Origin: Phoronis australis
Taxonomy: Eukaryota > Animalia > Phoronida
Direction of reading: 5' to 3'
Length of the DNA stretch: 64,000 bases
NCBI GenBank assembly: GCA_002633005.1
Contig: NMRA01000582.1
Span: 162,610-226,609 of the forward strand
Shown: piece after piece, positions 38,415 through 51,957 of the stretch
Position numbering within the stretch: the first letter of the stretch is position 1
How the letters are laid out: every line of letters starts with the position of its first letter
Notes under the pieces: model-generated
What the model was told of the DNA's origin: nothing
The model's database searches: none
Seen by the model: the letters and a program-made list of their open reading frames with translations, nothing else
Program-made: the position numbers and the translations under genes

Positions 38415-39126
38415 TGTCAGAATATAGTGTGACAGTATTTTTAGTTGCATTGTTTTGTTTTGTTATTCTGTTTGATTGGCATGACCCCTGAGTTAAGTAC
38501 ATGATGATGTAATTTGTTTACTGCAGTATAGTGTGGAACTTTCTAGAAGACTCTAGTATGACAGTGATTAATGCAGTCTGGAATATTCTAGAGACTAATA
38601 CATGTTTGTAGAATGATTAGGTATGTTCCAGAAAGTTCTGGTATGTGCTTGAATTGATGAAAAGTTCTAGAACAATGCATTAGGCTACGGGTTTGTGTTA
38701 GTCAGTTGAATCCAAGAAGATCACGTCAGTTCAAGTTCAAGAGAAGATCAAGTCGGGAGATCAAGTGAGATCAAGTAAGTTCAAGAAAGTTAACCAGGAG
38801 AACTACAGTTGGGTTGCAGTGAAGAGAATCAGCAGTTACAGCGATAGTCAATAGAGAGCCAGCTATAGAGACAACAAGTTATTGAATCGAGTGTAACAGT
38901 TGCTGAACGTGTCTCAGAAGTTCATCACTAGTCAAGGCTTCGCAGCACTGGCTGGAGCATAAACAGACATTAAGTCGGACGTTTTGTTTGAGTAGGCTTG
39001 TGAACATACGGTCGGGATTAATAAAGGATTAACTCGAAGCAGTTTTCAGTCAATCGTCGCACCGAAAGCTATTAGCACCGGTCTGTAACAGCCTGCGCCC
39101 ACCCATACGCGGGGAAAAACGTGACA
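38415..39126 (+). mobile_element. 5' LTR of a Gypsy element inserted in the L1
   Basis: TGTCA...TGACA termini, internal AATAAA, followed by PBS TGGCGAGCACGCCAGGAG at 39129 (resembles complement of tRNA-Arg(ACG) 3' end). Confidence 0.85.
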
Positions 39127-39182
39127 ATTGGCGAGCACGCCAGGAGCTTACTGACGGTAACAAGGTGTGATAAAGTGGACTG

Positions 39183-40982
39183 TTGGAATTAGCGACTCAC
39201 TATGGAGACAAATCTCAACTAAGAGAGTTGATGGCCCTCAGACAAGAAATGGGTCTGCAGGGAGACGGCCTCAGACAGTTTGTGGAGAAACAACAAGCTG
39301 AGGCGCGTGCTGAGGCTGAGGCTGAGGCTGAGGCGAAGGAGAGAAGGCAAGCTCGTGAAGCTGAGGAGAGAAAGCAAGCTCGTGAGGCTGAAGAGAGAAG
39401 GCAAGCGCGAGAGGCTGAGGCCGAGGAGAGGAGGCAAGCCCTCGAAACTGAACAGGTTGCAGCGGAGGGTAGCCATGTTAGATCAACTGGTGGTGTAAAG
39501 CCAAAGCTACCTAAGTTTGACGAGAAGCAGGACGATATGGACAACTTCCTGGAAAGGTTTGAAAGATACGCAGAGAGACAGGGTTGGACACAGAGTGAAT
39601 GGGCAATTAGTCTCAGTCCCCTGTTAACAGGTAAGGGCCTGCAGGTTTATACTAGCCTTTCTATGGCTGATGCACTGGACTATGCTACACTCAAAAGAGC
39701 CTTGCTAAAGCGCTATGAGCTGACTGAAGAGGGTTTTCGCAGACAGTTCCGGGAAGCGAGGGCCGAGAAGGGCGAGACAGCACACCAGTTTGTGGCACGC
39801 ATACAGCGTTACCTAGACAGGTGGATCGACATGTCCGACTGTGGCAAAGACTTTGCTGAGTTGAGAGACTTGTTAGTGCGGGAGCAGTACGTTAACACTT
39901 GTACTAAGGACTTGGCCTTGTTCCTGCGAGAGCGGACACCCAAGACTGTTCCAGAGATGGTGAGCTTAGCAGAGAGATATATTGAGGCCCATGGAGTGGA
40001 TATAACGAGCACCCAGTGGAAAAAGTCCCAAGAGCGACCAGTCAAGACACTGACAACCAGAGAGTCGATCAGAAGGAAAATGACCTCGCACAGGAAAGGT
40101 GTTTCTTCAGTCACAAAACTGGACACCTGGCTAGAGAATGTCGGAAGCGGACACAAGGGATGCAACACCAAAAGTCAGCAGCGGTCAACCACCGAGGTTC
40201 CCAGAGCAAAGAGGATTCGGTGAAGCGCGCTAATCCTGAACGCGCGTTCAAAGGAATGCTGTGTCTGAAGGAGGGGTATGTCGGCACGAAGAAGGTCTCG
40301 GTATTGAGAGACACAGGCTGCACAACCATTGTGGTTCGGTCAAGTCTAGTTGAACCAGGAGATATGACCTGCCGGAAGTGGTCATGCGAGTTGGCGGACT
40401 CTACCAAGAGATGGCTGCCTGTCGCAAAGATCAACATCAAGACACCGTACTACACAGGAGAAGTGTTTGCGATGTGCATGGAGCGTCCAGTGGCCGATTT
40501 GATTATCGGGAACGTACCTGATGCCTTGAACCCAGGAGATGTTGAGCGACAGCAGAGAGCAACAACTGCCAACGAGGATAGTACAGGCAATAGCCTTGTG
40601 GAGAGTCCGAAAGATGACTCTCAAGAGGGTACTACTTCTCAAGAGAAGAAGCAAGTGACCTCAACTCTAGAGGGAGGAGAGGTGGCCGACATGTCGGTAA
40701 AAACAGATCCTGATGAATCCAGCAGGGAAGCGGTAGCAGTGACTACCAGGGCTCAAGCAGAGCAACAAAAGGCAGACATTAAACCGTTAGCTGTGTCTCC
40801 AACCATACAACAGGTGGGACTAAAGCAGTTCAAAGAAGCCCAGCATGAAGATTAATCAATGAAAAAGTTATGGGAGCAAGCTGAAGCCAAAGTTAAGCGA
40901 CAGACCAAAGGCAAGGGGTCATATGTGATGGAGATTCAGAGAGGAATACTCAATCGGATATTCAAGAAGAGAGATGGTGACG
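39183..40982 (+). mobile_element. Gypsy gag (SCAN-like capsid) and aspartic protease, truncated at N gap
   Basis: PKLPKFDE..DNFLERFERYA..W..LSPLLTGK..LKRYELTEEGFRRQFR..REQY..LFLRER; degenerate knuckle CFFSHKTGHLAREC; protease LRDTGC; AVTTRAQ. Confidence 0.92.
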
Positions 40983-40983
40983 N

Positions 40984-42260
40984 AACACATAACTTGGAAT
41001 CTTTAAGCAAAATATTAACCCAATCTCTGGACTTTTCGCCAAAATTAAATAAATTCAGCGTTTTTTAATGAAACGCCCGGATATCGAATCAAACGGTTTC
41101 TCAAAATCTATAAGTAACAGTAGACCAGGTATGTTTTCCTGAAATGTATAATGCATAATATCATACAGTAAACGCGTATTTTCACCGATGAATCTGCCAA
41201 CCATAAAGCCCTTCTGGTTGTCACTTATTAATTTGTTCAAAACCATCTTTATACGTTGGGCTATAACAACTGAAAAAAGTTTATAGCATGTATTCAAAAG
41301 GGATATTGGCCTCCACTTTCTTAGCAGGTTGCGTGATTGATCTTTTTCGGAATAAGTGTTATTATACCCTGCTTCTGCGGCTGTGCAAGGTAGCTACTGA
41401 GAGTCGCAATTAGCGCCCTGTAAACAAGAAACCGATATCTTTCCAAAAAACTTAAAAAAATTCTGGAGGAAAGCCGTCTGAACCCGGTGACTTATTATTT
41501 TTCATTTTCTTAAGTACGCCTTCAACCTCCTCCATAGTCACATCTTGGTCAGGTAAAGTACTCTCAGCATGCAACAGTCCAGGCACAATAAATGTGCCCA
41601 GATAATCGTGACGATTAATATTGTCGACTTCTGCATCTTTACATTTGTAAAGGTCACAATAGAAGGTCATGAACATTAATATTGTCAAGTTCTGCATCTT
41701 TACATTTGTAAAGGTCACAATAGAAGGTCATGAACATTAATATTGTCAAGTTCTGCATCTTTACATTTGTAAAGGTCACAATAGAAGGTCCGTATTGACT
41801 TCAGTATATCATTCTGATCACATAATGTTTGACCGTTTGTATCAGTTAAACTGTTTGTGTTCTTCTGAACAAAATTCTTCTTCTCAAGTCCACAAGAATA
41901 TTTTCTTGGCTTCTCGCCATTTTCAATGGAGCAAGCACGTGATGTTATGAGAGAGCCTATAAGCTCGTGTGCTCGGAGTTCCTGTTGCTGAGATTGTTGA
42001 TTCTTGTAAATATTACTCAAAATATCATCATGGTGATGATCCAAAAAATCATGCAATAATTGAATTTGGAGCTCGAAAAGGGCTTTCTTAGCAGATATCT
42101 GTTTTTTCCTCAAGAAACAATAGCAAATTTCCCCACTTTCATCAAAAGGAAATCAAGGAATAAATTGCTTTCAATAGTGAGTTCACCATCCGGTATCTGA
42201 TTTATGTTGTCAAAATTGTTATCATTTATAAACGAGTACAAAAACAAAAATAAGTACAAC
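40984..42260 (-). mobile_element. L1/Tx1-type LINE ORF2, upstream part
   Basis: GEKPRKY..LEKK, FYCDLY, NNKSPGSDGFPPEFF, NQKGFMVGRFIGENTR..LLIDFEKPFD. Confidence 0.9.
41614..41790. repeat. 61-bp tandem triplication inside the L1
   Basis: ATTAATATTGTC..GAAGGTC starts at 41614, 41675 and 41736. Confidence 0.9.
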
Positions 42261-42329
42261 CATTCATTCACGCATGCACACCTCATGAGAGACCATTCTC
42301 TTTTCTCGTATAAAGTAAACAACTGCTAC

Positions 42330-43445
42330 ATAGAGTTAACGTGAGCAAAATTTTCCCATTTCGCAAAGAAGCTGTATTATACAATTTGTTATGCAATTTA
42401 TTTTTCAGTATTACAGTACTCATAAGTATATGTAACAAACTTGTGAAAATTAGGTATATTTTTGCGACATCTGTCCTTGTAAATGTACTGTTTGGCTAGT
42501 AGAAGCAAAATGTTAAGTAGAAAATCATGAGTCTCATGAAGTCCAAGAATAACACGTTCGTACGACAGACAGTTGGGAAGCTGAATGAGACACTTTTGAA
42601 GTAGCTTTCCGAATTCCTTCCAGAAATCTTGTTCAAGGCGACATTTCCCCACAAAGGTGTGACAGCGTCTCTAGAGCTTTATTACAAAAGGAACATAAAT
42701 TAGAATCCCGAACACGTATTTGACTAAAACGATATTTTTTGCAATAATCCTGTGTAGTATTCTAAATTGGAACCCTCTAATGTTGGGATCCTTTGTAATT
42801 TCATAAGGCAATGTGTATATTTTTCTCCAATCCTAACTCTATTTCCCATTTACACTCTGACTTAGAAGGTTTCTTAATGTCATTAAAGACTGAACAAATA
42901 ATTATGTCTACAACCCTTCAAATCTTTCCGTAAGTGAATAATTGCTCAAAGCATGCAAGAAGAGTAGACATTAATTCTTTTAAATTTATTTTGAAATAGA
43001 CTTTTTTGAAACCTTCTTAGAACAGAAACAACACCATTACATTAAACAAAAACGGTTTTTACATAGAACTCATTTTCATATGGTTCAAACTAACGAAATC
43101 ACCATCAGAGTTATAAAAATCTCTAATAAATCTTACGCTATTTACAAAACAATGCTTATAAAAATTACGTGCACCTCCAATCGCCAGGTTACTATTAAAC
43201 CACAAAGGTCGATTCAAAAAGTCCTCAATACAATTATTTTCTTGTAGAAAGATGTCATACTTCCAAATACGTCGCGCCAGTAGGAATTGCCAATTGGAGT
43301 TAACTTCGACTTAATAAAGTCATCTCCAAATGTAGCAAAATTCTTTAAGAACGGGTAGAGCGATTACAGTATTTTACCACTTTTAGACGCAGGGCTTTCA
43401 AGATATCTACGGGACATGGCGAGTTTTGAAGCTTTGCTGAAAGAA
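42330..43445 (-). mobile_element. Second L1/Tx1 3' fragment
   Basis: FQFRILHRII, CSFCNKALETLSH, LLNILLLLAKQYIYK motifs on the minus strand. Confidence 0.82.
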
Positions 43446-44242
43446 TGTATGAATTTTGTATATTTTATTGTGAACTGTGGGCCGGTGGCTTCTTGTTTAA
43501 ATAAAGTTTTTGTCACTGTGTAACCGTGTAGGTGTTAGTTGGTATCAGGTGACTTATAAGCTCACGAGGCAGGGAATGTGTACAGTGTAAATTTGTTTAT
43601 TTTTTGTTTTGTATTTTGCGATGCAACCATGTCACTATTACAAAAATAAATATTACAAGTTTCCAACAAATACCACGCTTATTCTAATCGCCAGTATACG
43701 AGAAGCCAGCGACAAAAATCCCAGATCATACCAAGTGCATGGGAAGATGGCGACTGGAAAGAGCCACGCCACTAGCGATCCTACTGGCGAAATAAATGTG
43801 CAAGTCATGTTGACGTTCAAACTTCAATTCCATGCCTAATGCTTTTAACGGGGATCGGTAATATTGTATAGTTGGCATTTTGTGAAGCAATTGACAATTG
43901 TTCGACATGATCCTACTCCTACCATCACCAAATATAAACTGTATTTCTATGTAAATCGCCATTAGACCAACGGTGCAAAATGCAATGGAAATAAACACCA
44001 AAAAGTCTTAGAAGCTTATCTCCTGCAAACATAACAGGTAATACGCTTGAATTGTTAAGTAAGAGTTCCTAATTTTTTTCTACGTTCGAGTTCAAGACGC
44101 CTAATTTATTTATTAAATGAAAACTCGTTGTCCTAGGCTTGAATAGGTTTCACGTACGCTGTTTCTGGAAAGGCATAACATATTTTAAAGTAGTTGCCCT
44201 CGATTCTAATCAAATGTAAAATATTAAAACTGTCTACGTCCT

Positions 44243-46185
44243 GTGACGAACGTGTAGTATATCGTGCGTTTCTCACCGGCATCCTGATCTGAACTACACC
44301 TGCGGACACAAATAGAACGATGTATGCCTGATAATAAGGCATTGTCTATTTCCTAGAATTCCTGATTTGCAGAAATTACCAGGCCCTGGGAATTAAAAAT
44401 ATCTGAACACCCTATTTGTCATAAAATGTGAGGTTTTATTTCAGTGCATGGCGGTCTAAAAGAGGCTCCACATTTTCAAAGTGTCAATTCAAATTGCAAT
44501 ACAATAGTGCTGAATTACCATCAATAGTCTTTTACGTGACGAATGTGTAGTATGTCTTGCATTTTTTCACCTTCAACCCGATCTGATTTACACCTTGTGG
44601 CACAAAAAACAGAACGCTGTATGTCTGATATCTGAATAAGGCATTGTCCATTTCCTAGAACTCCAGGTGTTCAGAAATTACCAGGCCCTGTGAATTGTAA
44701 AAAAAGTCCTGAACACCCTATTTATCATAAAATGTGACGTTTTATTTCAATGCATGGTGGCCTAAAAGTGACTCCACATTTTTAAAGTGTCAATTCGAAT
44801 TGCAATCCAACATTGCTGATTTGCCAGTCTTTTGCGTCTCTATTTTTTCCTTCCAACAAGAACTAGTTGCTGCAATTGTATTCATACGCCAATCTGAATA
44901 AAAAGTCGCGCATGAAAGAACAACGTTCATAATTGATCGGCTTACCGTCGAGTCCAAGCAAGCTTAAATAATGGGCCTGGAAGCTCTAAGAACGTCAAAC
45001 ATTTGACCAGCTCAGGGCTAAGTGCACTTGCAAATCTACAAAAATCTTCACTTCATCTGTGTCAGTATCGCGATTGTTATGCATGCAAAAAGTGGAGACG
45101 TGATTTGAAGGTAAAGTACAAAAGCTTGGTCTTGCTGTATTAGAAATGTATGGCGTCGTTTGAAGATTTACACAAGATAGGTTTCGCAAAGCGAGATGAA
45201 CGTGAATTATCAAGCATACTTAATTGGGGTCAGGGTGTCCAGTTATTGTAGACCTAGTACATGTAAGCTAGTTTACAAAAAACTTAAAAGTCACTCTGCC
45301 AATACAACTTCTTTTACGTGAAAAAGTCGTGTCTACGAGCTTCCGTGAGTAATAGTCAAGTCTTAAAATGCAAAATTTATTTGCAGTTTAAAATAAATAG
45401 ATGCATAGATGCCGGTGTGTGCTGGATATTTTCGAACTAAAATGGGTTTTTAACAGGTATAATCTTGTGTTGTTAAATTTTTTCATGCTTCTATTTTATT
45501 TTAAACTCCAAATAAATAAAATTCGCATTTTAGCAGTTGATCATTTTTCACTGGAGGTCGTAGAAACGACTTTTTCACATTCAACATATGTTTCTTTCTA
45601 GTGGATATGTACTGCCATAACTGGACACCCTGAGCTCACTTATTCACGTTTACTTTCACACTCGCGTAAAAATTAAGCATTTTTGTTACTGTAGCGTGAA
45701 TCGGCACGCGCAATTACGTATGCGTCATAATTCACATTCACGTCGGTTTGCAAAATCTCTCTAGTATCTACGACTAAATTTACGGCCACTCTACTTTTCA
45801 CAACAAAACCTAACAGAAAGCCTGTTAGTTTTGATCTCAAGGATACCAGTTTTTGTTTCAAAATCGTTTTAAGGAACGTAAGTGGGTTTGAGTAATGTGG
45901 AAGTACATTCAGTTTTCAGTTTCAAAATCGTCTTTTTGGAACTGCTCCCGGCCTAGGATTGAGTAGTGTGAAGCGTCAGTTTTGGTTTCAAAATCGTTCA
46001 CCTAGAAATACCTCGGTATTGTGTAGTGGACGAACCTCAGATTTAGCGCTGTAACAAATCAATGATATTTCAAGGTAGCATGACAAACCATGTTTGGGTT
46101 CAAAATCACATCCCTGGCTTTCTTATTTACAGACGTTTAAGTACTTCACTAGTCAGAGAGGCATGTCATGTGCCACTATGTTTAC
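44243..46185. repeat. Dispersed repeat copy 2 (homologous to 2290-4260) preceded by a ~290-bp tandem duplication
   Basis: Units ~44243-44520 and ~44536-44826; internal inverted arms ~45175-45410 and ~45485-45760; GGAACTGCTCCCGGCCTAGGATTGAGTAGTGTGAAGCGTCAG shared with ~3962. Confidence 0.82.
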
Positions 46186-46440
46186 ATATGATGTTAAATC
46201 TATGTGTAACTATTTTCTTCCAGGAATTCCTCAGTTTTAAAATACCTATTCTTTAGTATGTATATTTTTATTAATATTCCTACATGATTTGTTGATTGCT
46301 GTATATATTTTTGCATTACCATTTCTTCATATTTTAGTATTTATCATTGTTTACCGTTTCTTTATATTTTAGTATTTATCATTGTTTATACTATCTGCAT
46401 GTACGTCCATTTTAAGTTTAAAAACTCTTGATTATGAATG

Positions 46441-46887
46441 GTCGTTAGGGGAAGTGTCGCCGTAAAATTACGCCGCAAATAATTACTTTACGCCGAAACT
46501 AATTACTTTACGCCGGAAATTGTTACTTTTCGCCGGTACTTTACGCTGCAAACAATTGCTTTACGTCGTTAAAATACGCTTCAAATAATTACTTTACGCC
46601 ATCAAATTATGCCGCAAATTATTACTTTACGCCGCAAATTATTACTTTTCGTCGTTAAATTACGCTGCAAATAATTACTTTACGCCGCAAAGAATTGCTG
46701 TACGCCGCAAATAATTACGCCTCTAGCACGTAATGTAATGGCATCAAGTAATTCAAATAATTATTTTATGCCTTAAATAATTACTTAACGCAGCAAATGA
46801 TTACTTTACGCCGCCAAAATAATTTGTACTACTAATGAGAATTAATTTACGCTCATAATTTTACGGCGACACTTTCCCCCAACGGTC
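46441..46887. mobile_element. MITE with ~30-bp TIRs and an internal ~20-bp tandem array
   Basis: GGGGAAGTGTCGCCGTAAAATTA ... TAATTTTACGGCGACACTTTCCCC; internal TTACTTTACGCCGCAAATAA repeats. Confidence 0.88.
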
Positions 46888-47449
46888 TAAAATACTTCAG
46901 CTCTTGATTATTTTTATCTTATTAGTTGTAGAGCATGTAGTTTGAATTTCTTGATGTAGTCTTCGTGTGAAGTTTGAACAGTGTCTCTTTTAGCTTTTTT
47001 AGCTGAGAGGTGTTGTAAACAACAATCATATCATCTACTACATAATAACAATAATAATACTGCGTAGTAATAGTAATATCGATAATGTTGACAATAATTA
47101 CAGATATGCATATAATGACCATGGTAAAAACCGTGCAACACCTCGAGTTACTAGGAGACCTCTTGCCTAAACATTTTTGTAGCACCAACTTGCTGTGCAA
47201 AAATCTTTTGTACAGCATACGCTTTCACTTTCACTTTGACGATCAGTTTGTTTAAGTTTGAGTGTATTCATTAGGCACTATGTGGTTGCCGTATTCTGAG
47301 CAAGTTTATTCATTTATTTAATTTAGCTTTAATTTAATTTATAAATATCAATGTAAATAGTATTCATTTAATATAACTTAATTTTGTCTAACTTAATTTA
47401 ATATAATTTATTGTTGTGAGAGGACCATGCTGTATATTAGCCTTTTATT

Positions 47450-47580
47450 AAAGTATTATTGTTGTTGTCGTTGTCGTTATTATCAATATCATTGTCATGG
47501 TTATTGCTATTGTTATTGTTATTATTGTTATAATTATTGTTATTATTATGATTATTATTAGTGTTATTGTTATTATTAAG
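47450..47580. repeat. (TAT/TGT)n trinucleotide microsatellite
   Basis: Visible low-complexity run. Confidence 0.9.
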
Positions 47581-50095
47581 CGTCACTGCAAGAAGGGCGG
47601 CTAACTCTGTTGCAAATACACGGCAATATCTCGCGGAGCCTTGAGAGATCTTTCTTTCCAGTGAGACACTAGCGATCTGAACGCTGCCCGGGAGTGGTTC
47701 TTTTGTAATGAACGGGGTGGGTATTGTCAGATTCTGTTCAGCGGCTATCGCCAAGGGCGGATCCAGGATTTTGAGTTGGGGGCAGGATTTTGCCCATTAG
47801 ACATTCGCACCCCCGCACTGCCAATCGGAATCTGAGATAATTTTAAGGAGTGGCAAGTCCCCCTTGACCCTCCTCTAAATCCGCCACTGAACATTATCGA
47901 CATCATAAAAATATCAGTTAGAGAGAAAACAGTTTCATTTCTGTTTATCAAAGGCAAGATTCGTGAATAGTGCGGCTGTCTATGCGGGAGTCATATGGTC
48001 TCATAAAAACCTTCGTTTTTTTGCTTCTCCTGGTTTTAGAAAGTGAAAGTTAATCTATTTCCTAAAAGCTAAAGCTCTCGAAAACACGTGCTCCACAGGT
48101 GATCCATAAAAAGTACCAGATCAGTTTTCAGGTCGCTTAATTGTTTAGATTAAGGATGTTTTCCGAATCTTGAATCAAAAACCTATTGTTGCAGGGAAAC
48201 TAAAATCGAACACCGGATCGATTCCTGCATGTTCCCGAATGGATTAATTAGTTCTTAGCAAACGATTTTCGTTACCTATACACAGTATTATTGAATATTA
48301 TGAACACTTTAGTTTACATTTAATAATTACATTTTCAGACTATGAGTGCAATGTGAATAAAAATGTCAGTCTTTGAAACATTTTAAGTATGAGATACTTC
48401 AGAAATATGAAAGACAATCTTTGGAGTTCGAGACTTGATGAAATGTTATTTCGTACAGTAATTAACCAATATGAACGTTGAAAAGACTGCTGCATAACAA
48501 TAGCACAATATGCTCGTTGCTCGGCAACAGTAAACAGAACTAGTTGATTGGTGGAATATCTATGTTGAAAGACATATAAAATCAATGGATCTAATAACGG
48601 TCTCTTATTAAACGATAGACAAGATTTTACGAGTTGCCACAAGGTTTTGATTTATTTTTAATCCACCAACTCAACTTTTCCAAAATAGTCGGTCTTAGTC
48701 TTACAATCATGGTTTTTCTAGGGACACTAATGATTATTTCCACCATTGCCACTAATAAGTGGCCAGAACGCATGGCTTTAGAGATCGTAATTCCCCGATT
48801 TACACAGCGTTCTGATGCAGAAAAAAATCGGTTTGATTTGAATTTAATTGTCTTGTTCACCAAACTCGGTTCCAGTAACATTAAACTGGAAGCTTAAATG
48901 AATTGTGCCAATTCAGGGGTGCATAAAGGGAGCCGGACATACTCTCCTCAATGAATTGCGGGCTTCAGGGATGAACCAAGGCCGGGCGGCAGTCCAGAGA
49001 AGAATCATAGCGAAACATGGACAAGAAAGAAAATTCAAGAAAAACTTTGTCAGCCACCAGTGCTTGATTTACCTTTAAGGGCTCTGACCAAGACATCGAC
49101 CTTACTTTTGAAGCATGGATCGTCTATTTGCACTTGAAAACGTGAACTTTATCATTCATATAATGAATTTTCAAAGTGCAACTTCTGCAGAGCATGTTAA
49201 TTCATTGTATTTTTTAAATTCCAGAAGACAATTTTAAGGAATGTTAAACTGTATTTCTCTTTTAATTAATACTGGAGCCATCTGTCGCATCCCTTGTGAT
49301 TATTCTCGAGACTGTTTATAACTTGATAAAAATTGAAAACCTGGCATATAGCATTCAATTGCTGCTCATTGCCTTTTTTCGGAAATTTACTTTCATTTCA
49401 CTTATTTGCACTCGAGGGCATGGGCCCACAGTACATATACAACAGAGAATGTTTTTATTGATTAGTTCGTAAGATGCCACTCACGGAGAGAGTGCCCGAT
49501 AGTTTCGGAGTGACATCTTCATGTAAATACTAAAATCGACAGATTCATAAATATTTTTGAAGCTGCTAAGAACTGGTTATGATTCAGTGACTTAAGTTGC
49601 AGGCTGAAGTAAAGAAAATCACCCGTTCCTCAAATAAACAACATACACTTAACGAAATTTACCTATCTGAAAAACAGTAAAAAATACAAATGAAATTCGA
49701 AATGTTTTACAGTGTGCCTCACCCGTATTCACCTCCACCTATGTCGTACAAGAGGGGGGGGTCGATACAAAATTTGCAACATCGGGAGAATGGGAAGGTG
49801 GTGGCGACGGGATATGATATTTACCTTCTTATGGGTGTGCACCGTGAAAGTTATATTAGTTGAGCCCATGACTTTCACAAACTCGAATTAGTTGCAGGGC
49901 GGATCCAGGATTTTGAGCTGGGGGGGGCCAGGGCAGAGTATTAGCCAGGGTTTTGCCTGTCATTCGCAGACATTCGCACGCCCGAACTGTCAAATGGAAT
50001 CTGGGAGAATTTTAGGGGAGCGATGGCTCCGTTGGCCTCCCTCTAAGTCTGCCACTATTCGCAAACAGAAGTGTCACTTNTACATATATGTGCGA

Positions 50096-50146
50096 GTGTG
50101 TGTGTGTGTGTGTGCATGTATGTATGTATGAATGTATATATGTATG
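50096..50146. repeat. (TG)n/(TATG)n microsatellite next to N gap
   Basis: Visible run after N at 50080. Confidence 0.9.
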
Positions 50147-50351
50147 CAAGTATTTCTGAATGTAAATTTTGTAGGGGCAAATATAATCTATTAGATTGCA
50201 TTTCTATAATTTTATAGTTAAACCAAGTTGCCTGTATCAAAAAATGCCATGCACCTTTTTTAAGTGTTCATGTGCAACTCATTTGATAAACTGCACGTAC
50301 TTAACATAGTATATATGTGGAGCTTTTATTCTTTTCAGGGACCAATCTAAA

Positions 50352-50388
50352 ATGGATGACAGCGAAAACGTAACTCAGGGGCCGTATG
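50352..50388 (+). CDS. First coding exon of putative TRADD-N-like/Death-domain gene
   Basis: Acceptor TTCTTTTCAG at 50338, AAAATGG start context, MDDSENVTQGPY, phase-1 donor G|GTAAAT in frame with 51558. Confidence 0.55.
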
Positions 50389-51557
50389 GTAAATATCACA
50401 TTTGTCGAAACCTCGAACGAAATTCTAATTCTCCATGTCCCATGAAACACGTTACCATTACTGGACTTCTTACCCCTCCTTCTAACGATTACGTTGAGTC
50501 TACTTGCTCACGCCCTAATACTTTCTTCGTGTTTTCATTCCTGTGTCTAACCCTAAACAATGGTGCAGTGGGGTGTGGACGCACGTATACGCTCCTTCTC
50601 ATTTTTAACCTTACATATACTCACTGTAATCTAAGTGTAAATTTACCGTATTCATACTATGGGCGGTGGAGCTTTTCGTCACACAAATTGAAGTGGGAAG
50701 GATGGACAGAGTTGTTTAAAGAACTATTTGCAATCACTGTAGCCATATACACATTGTTGGTTCTCATGTGTTTTCTGATCGAGCAAATAATGTATCGTTG
50801 CATTGGTGAAATGAGTCGAAAGTTCACATCACAGCGGTCGATGCTTAGCTCAACGCCGAGTCGCATTGGGCAACTTGGCCAAAATCCCAAGTCTCCAAAA
50901 GTAAAAATCACAGGCCACTAAATGAAATCCGGAGTTGTCCATCCAACGTAATTTCCCTCCGAGCAAAAAGGTAGGAGTGATACCAAAGTAAACCGGTTAC
51001 ATTTTCATGCCCAAAAAGCCTCTGGTATCCTAGTCTATTATCATACGTGGCCGTCGACCTTTCCTCTCAAAACGTTGTAAAGCCTGGTGATGGCTGGAGA
51101 AATGATCGAACGATACATGGCAATGTGACTAAGCTAGACGTTGGTAATGGAAAAGTATCAATGGCCACACTCCTTACTTCCAGCTACGACCTTCTCCAGC
51201 ATTTTGTCACTGGCAACAGTGACAAAACTTATTCAATTTCAGCTTACGTCCTCGGCTGCGCCATTTGCGTTTTTACCAAAGTGTTTGTTTTAAAATGTAT
51301 GCATCAAAATCAAGAGATGATTTACGCGTTCCTGCAATGTAGCCCGGGCAACAGTATGCGTTAAGTACAACAGTCTTATGTGTGTACTCCTCCAAAATTC
51401 TTCGGGTACAGGAAATTTTTTTCACTTGATTCATCCAGTGCAAAGTAAGGACAATTTACAAATTGCTAGTCCCAAAGATATGATAGAAATCGTCTTATGA
51501 ATAGTTTCTCCTAGAGCTAGGATTATCCTTATCTTAATTGATATTATCGTTTTATAG

Positions 51558-51957
51558 AGTTTCCCATTAACTTGACGTTAAGTGTACAAGTTGGCGATGA
51601 GGAAACGCCTGCTGAATTATGCGAGGTGGATGATCTATCAAGGTTTATCCTTGATAAAGAAGACGCTTTCAATGATTTCTTGCACACGTTCTCAGTCACG
51701 TTCAACGACTGTGAACTGTCACGAGAAAAAGACAGCATTATATGCAAACTTAAGGCCCACAAAAAAGAGGGATTTGAACTCCTGCACGATGCCATAAGCA
51801 AGGCAGAATCGACGGAGTGCCTAACTCCATGGTTTAAGTCTCAAGATCTTGCTAAAAGTATTGGTTTAGGACAGTACTTATCGTGGCAAGTTTCAGTGGA
51901 GATGTCCAGAAGAACCTACCTAATGGGCCTTAAGCACTTTAAAGACATGGCCAAAAG
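51558..51957 (+). CDS. Coding exon, putative TRADD-N-like domain
   Basis: TTTTATAG acceptor, AG|GTAGGT donor, 400 nt open; DSIICKLKA..EGFELLHDAISK..LTPWFKSQDLAKSIGL..WQVSVEMSRRTYLMGLKHF. Confidence 0.65.

Noticed and set aside
43469-43583. Possible short solo LTR (TG...CA with AATAAA)
   Set aside because: No second copy or clear TSD visible in the window.
46470-46830. Second CRISPR-like array
   Set aside because: Degenerate ~20-bp tandem units without spacers, bounded by TIRs.
47437-47754. Poly-Asn ORF
   Set aside because: Produced by the trinucleotide microsatellite.
50352-50921. 189-aa ORF as a single-exon membrane protein
   Set aside because: A phase-compatible donor at 50389 joins the 51558 exon; the remainder looks like intron read-through without motifs.
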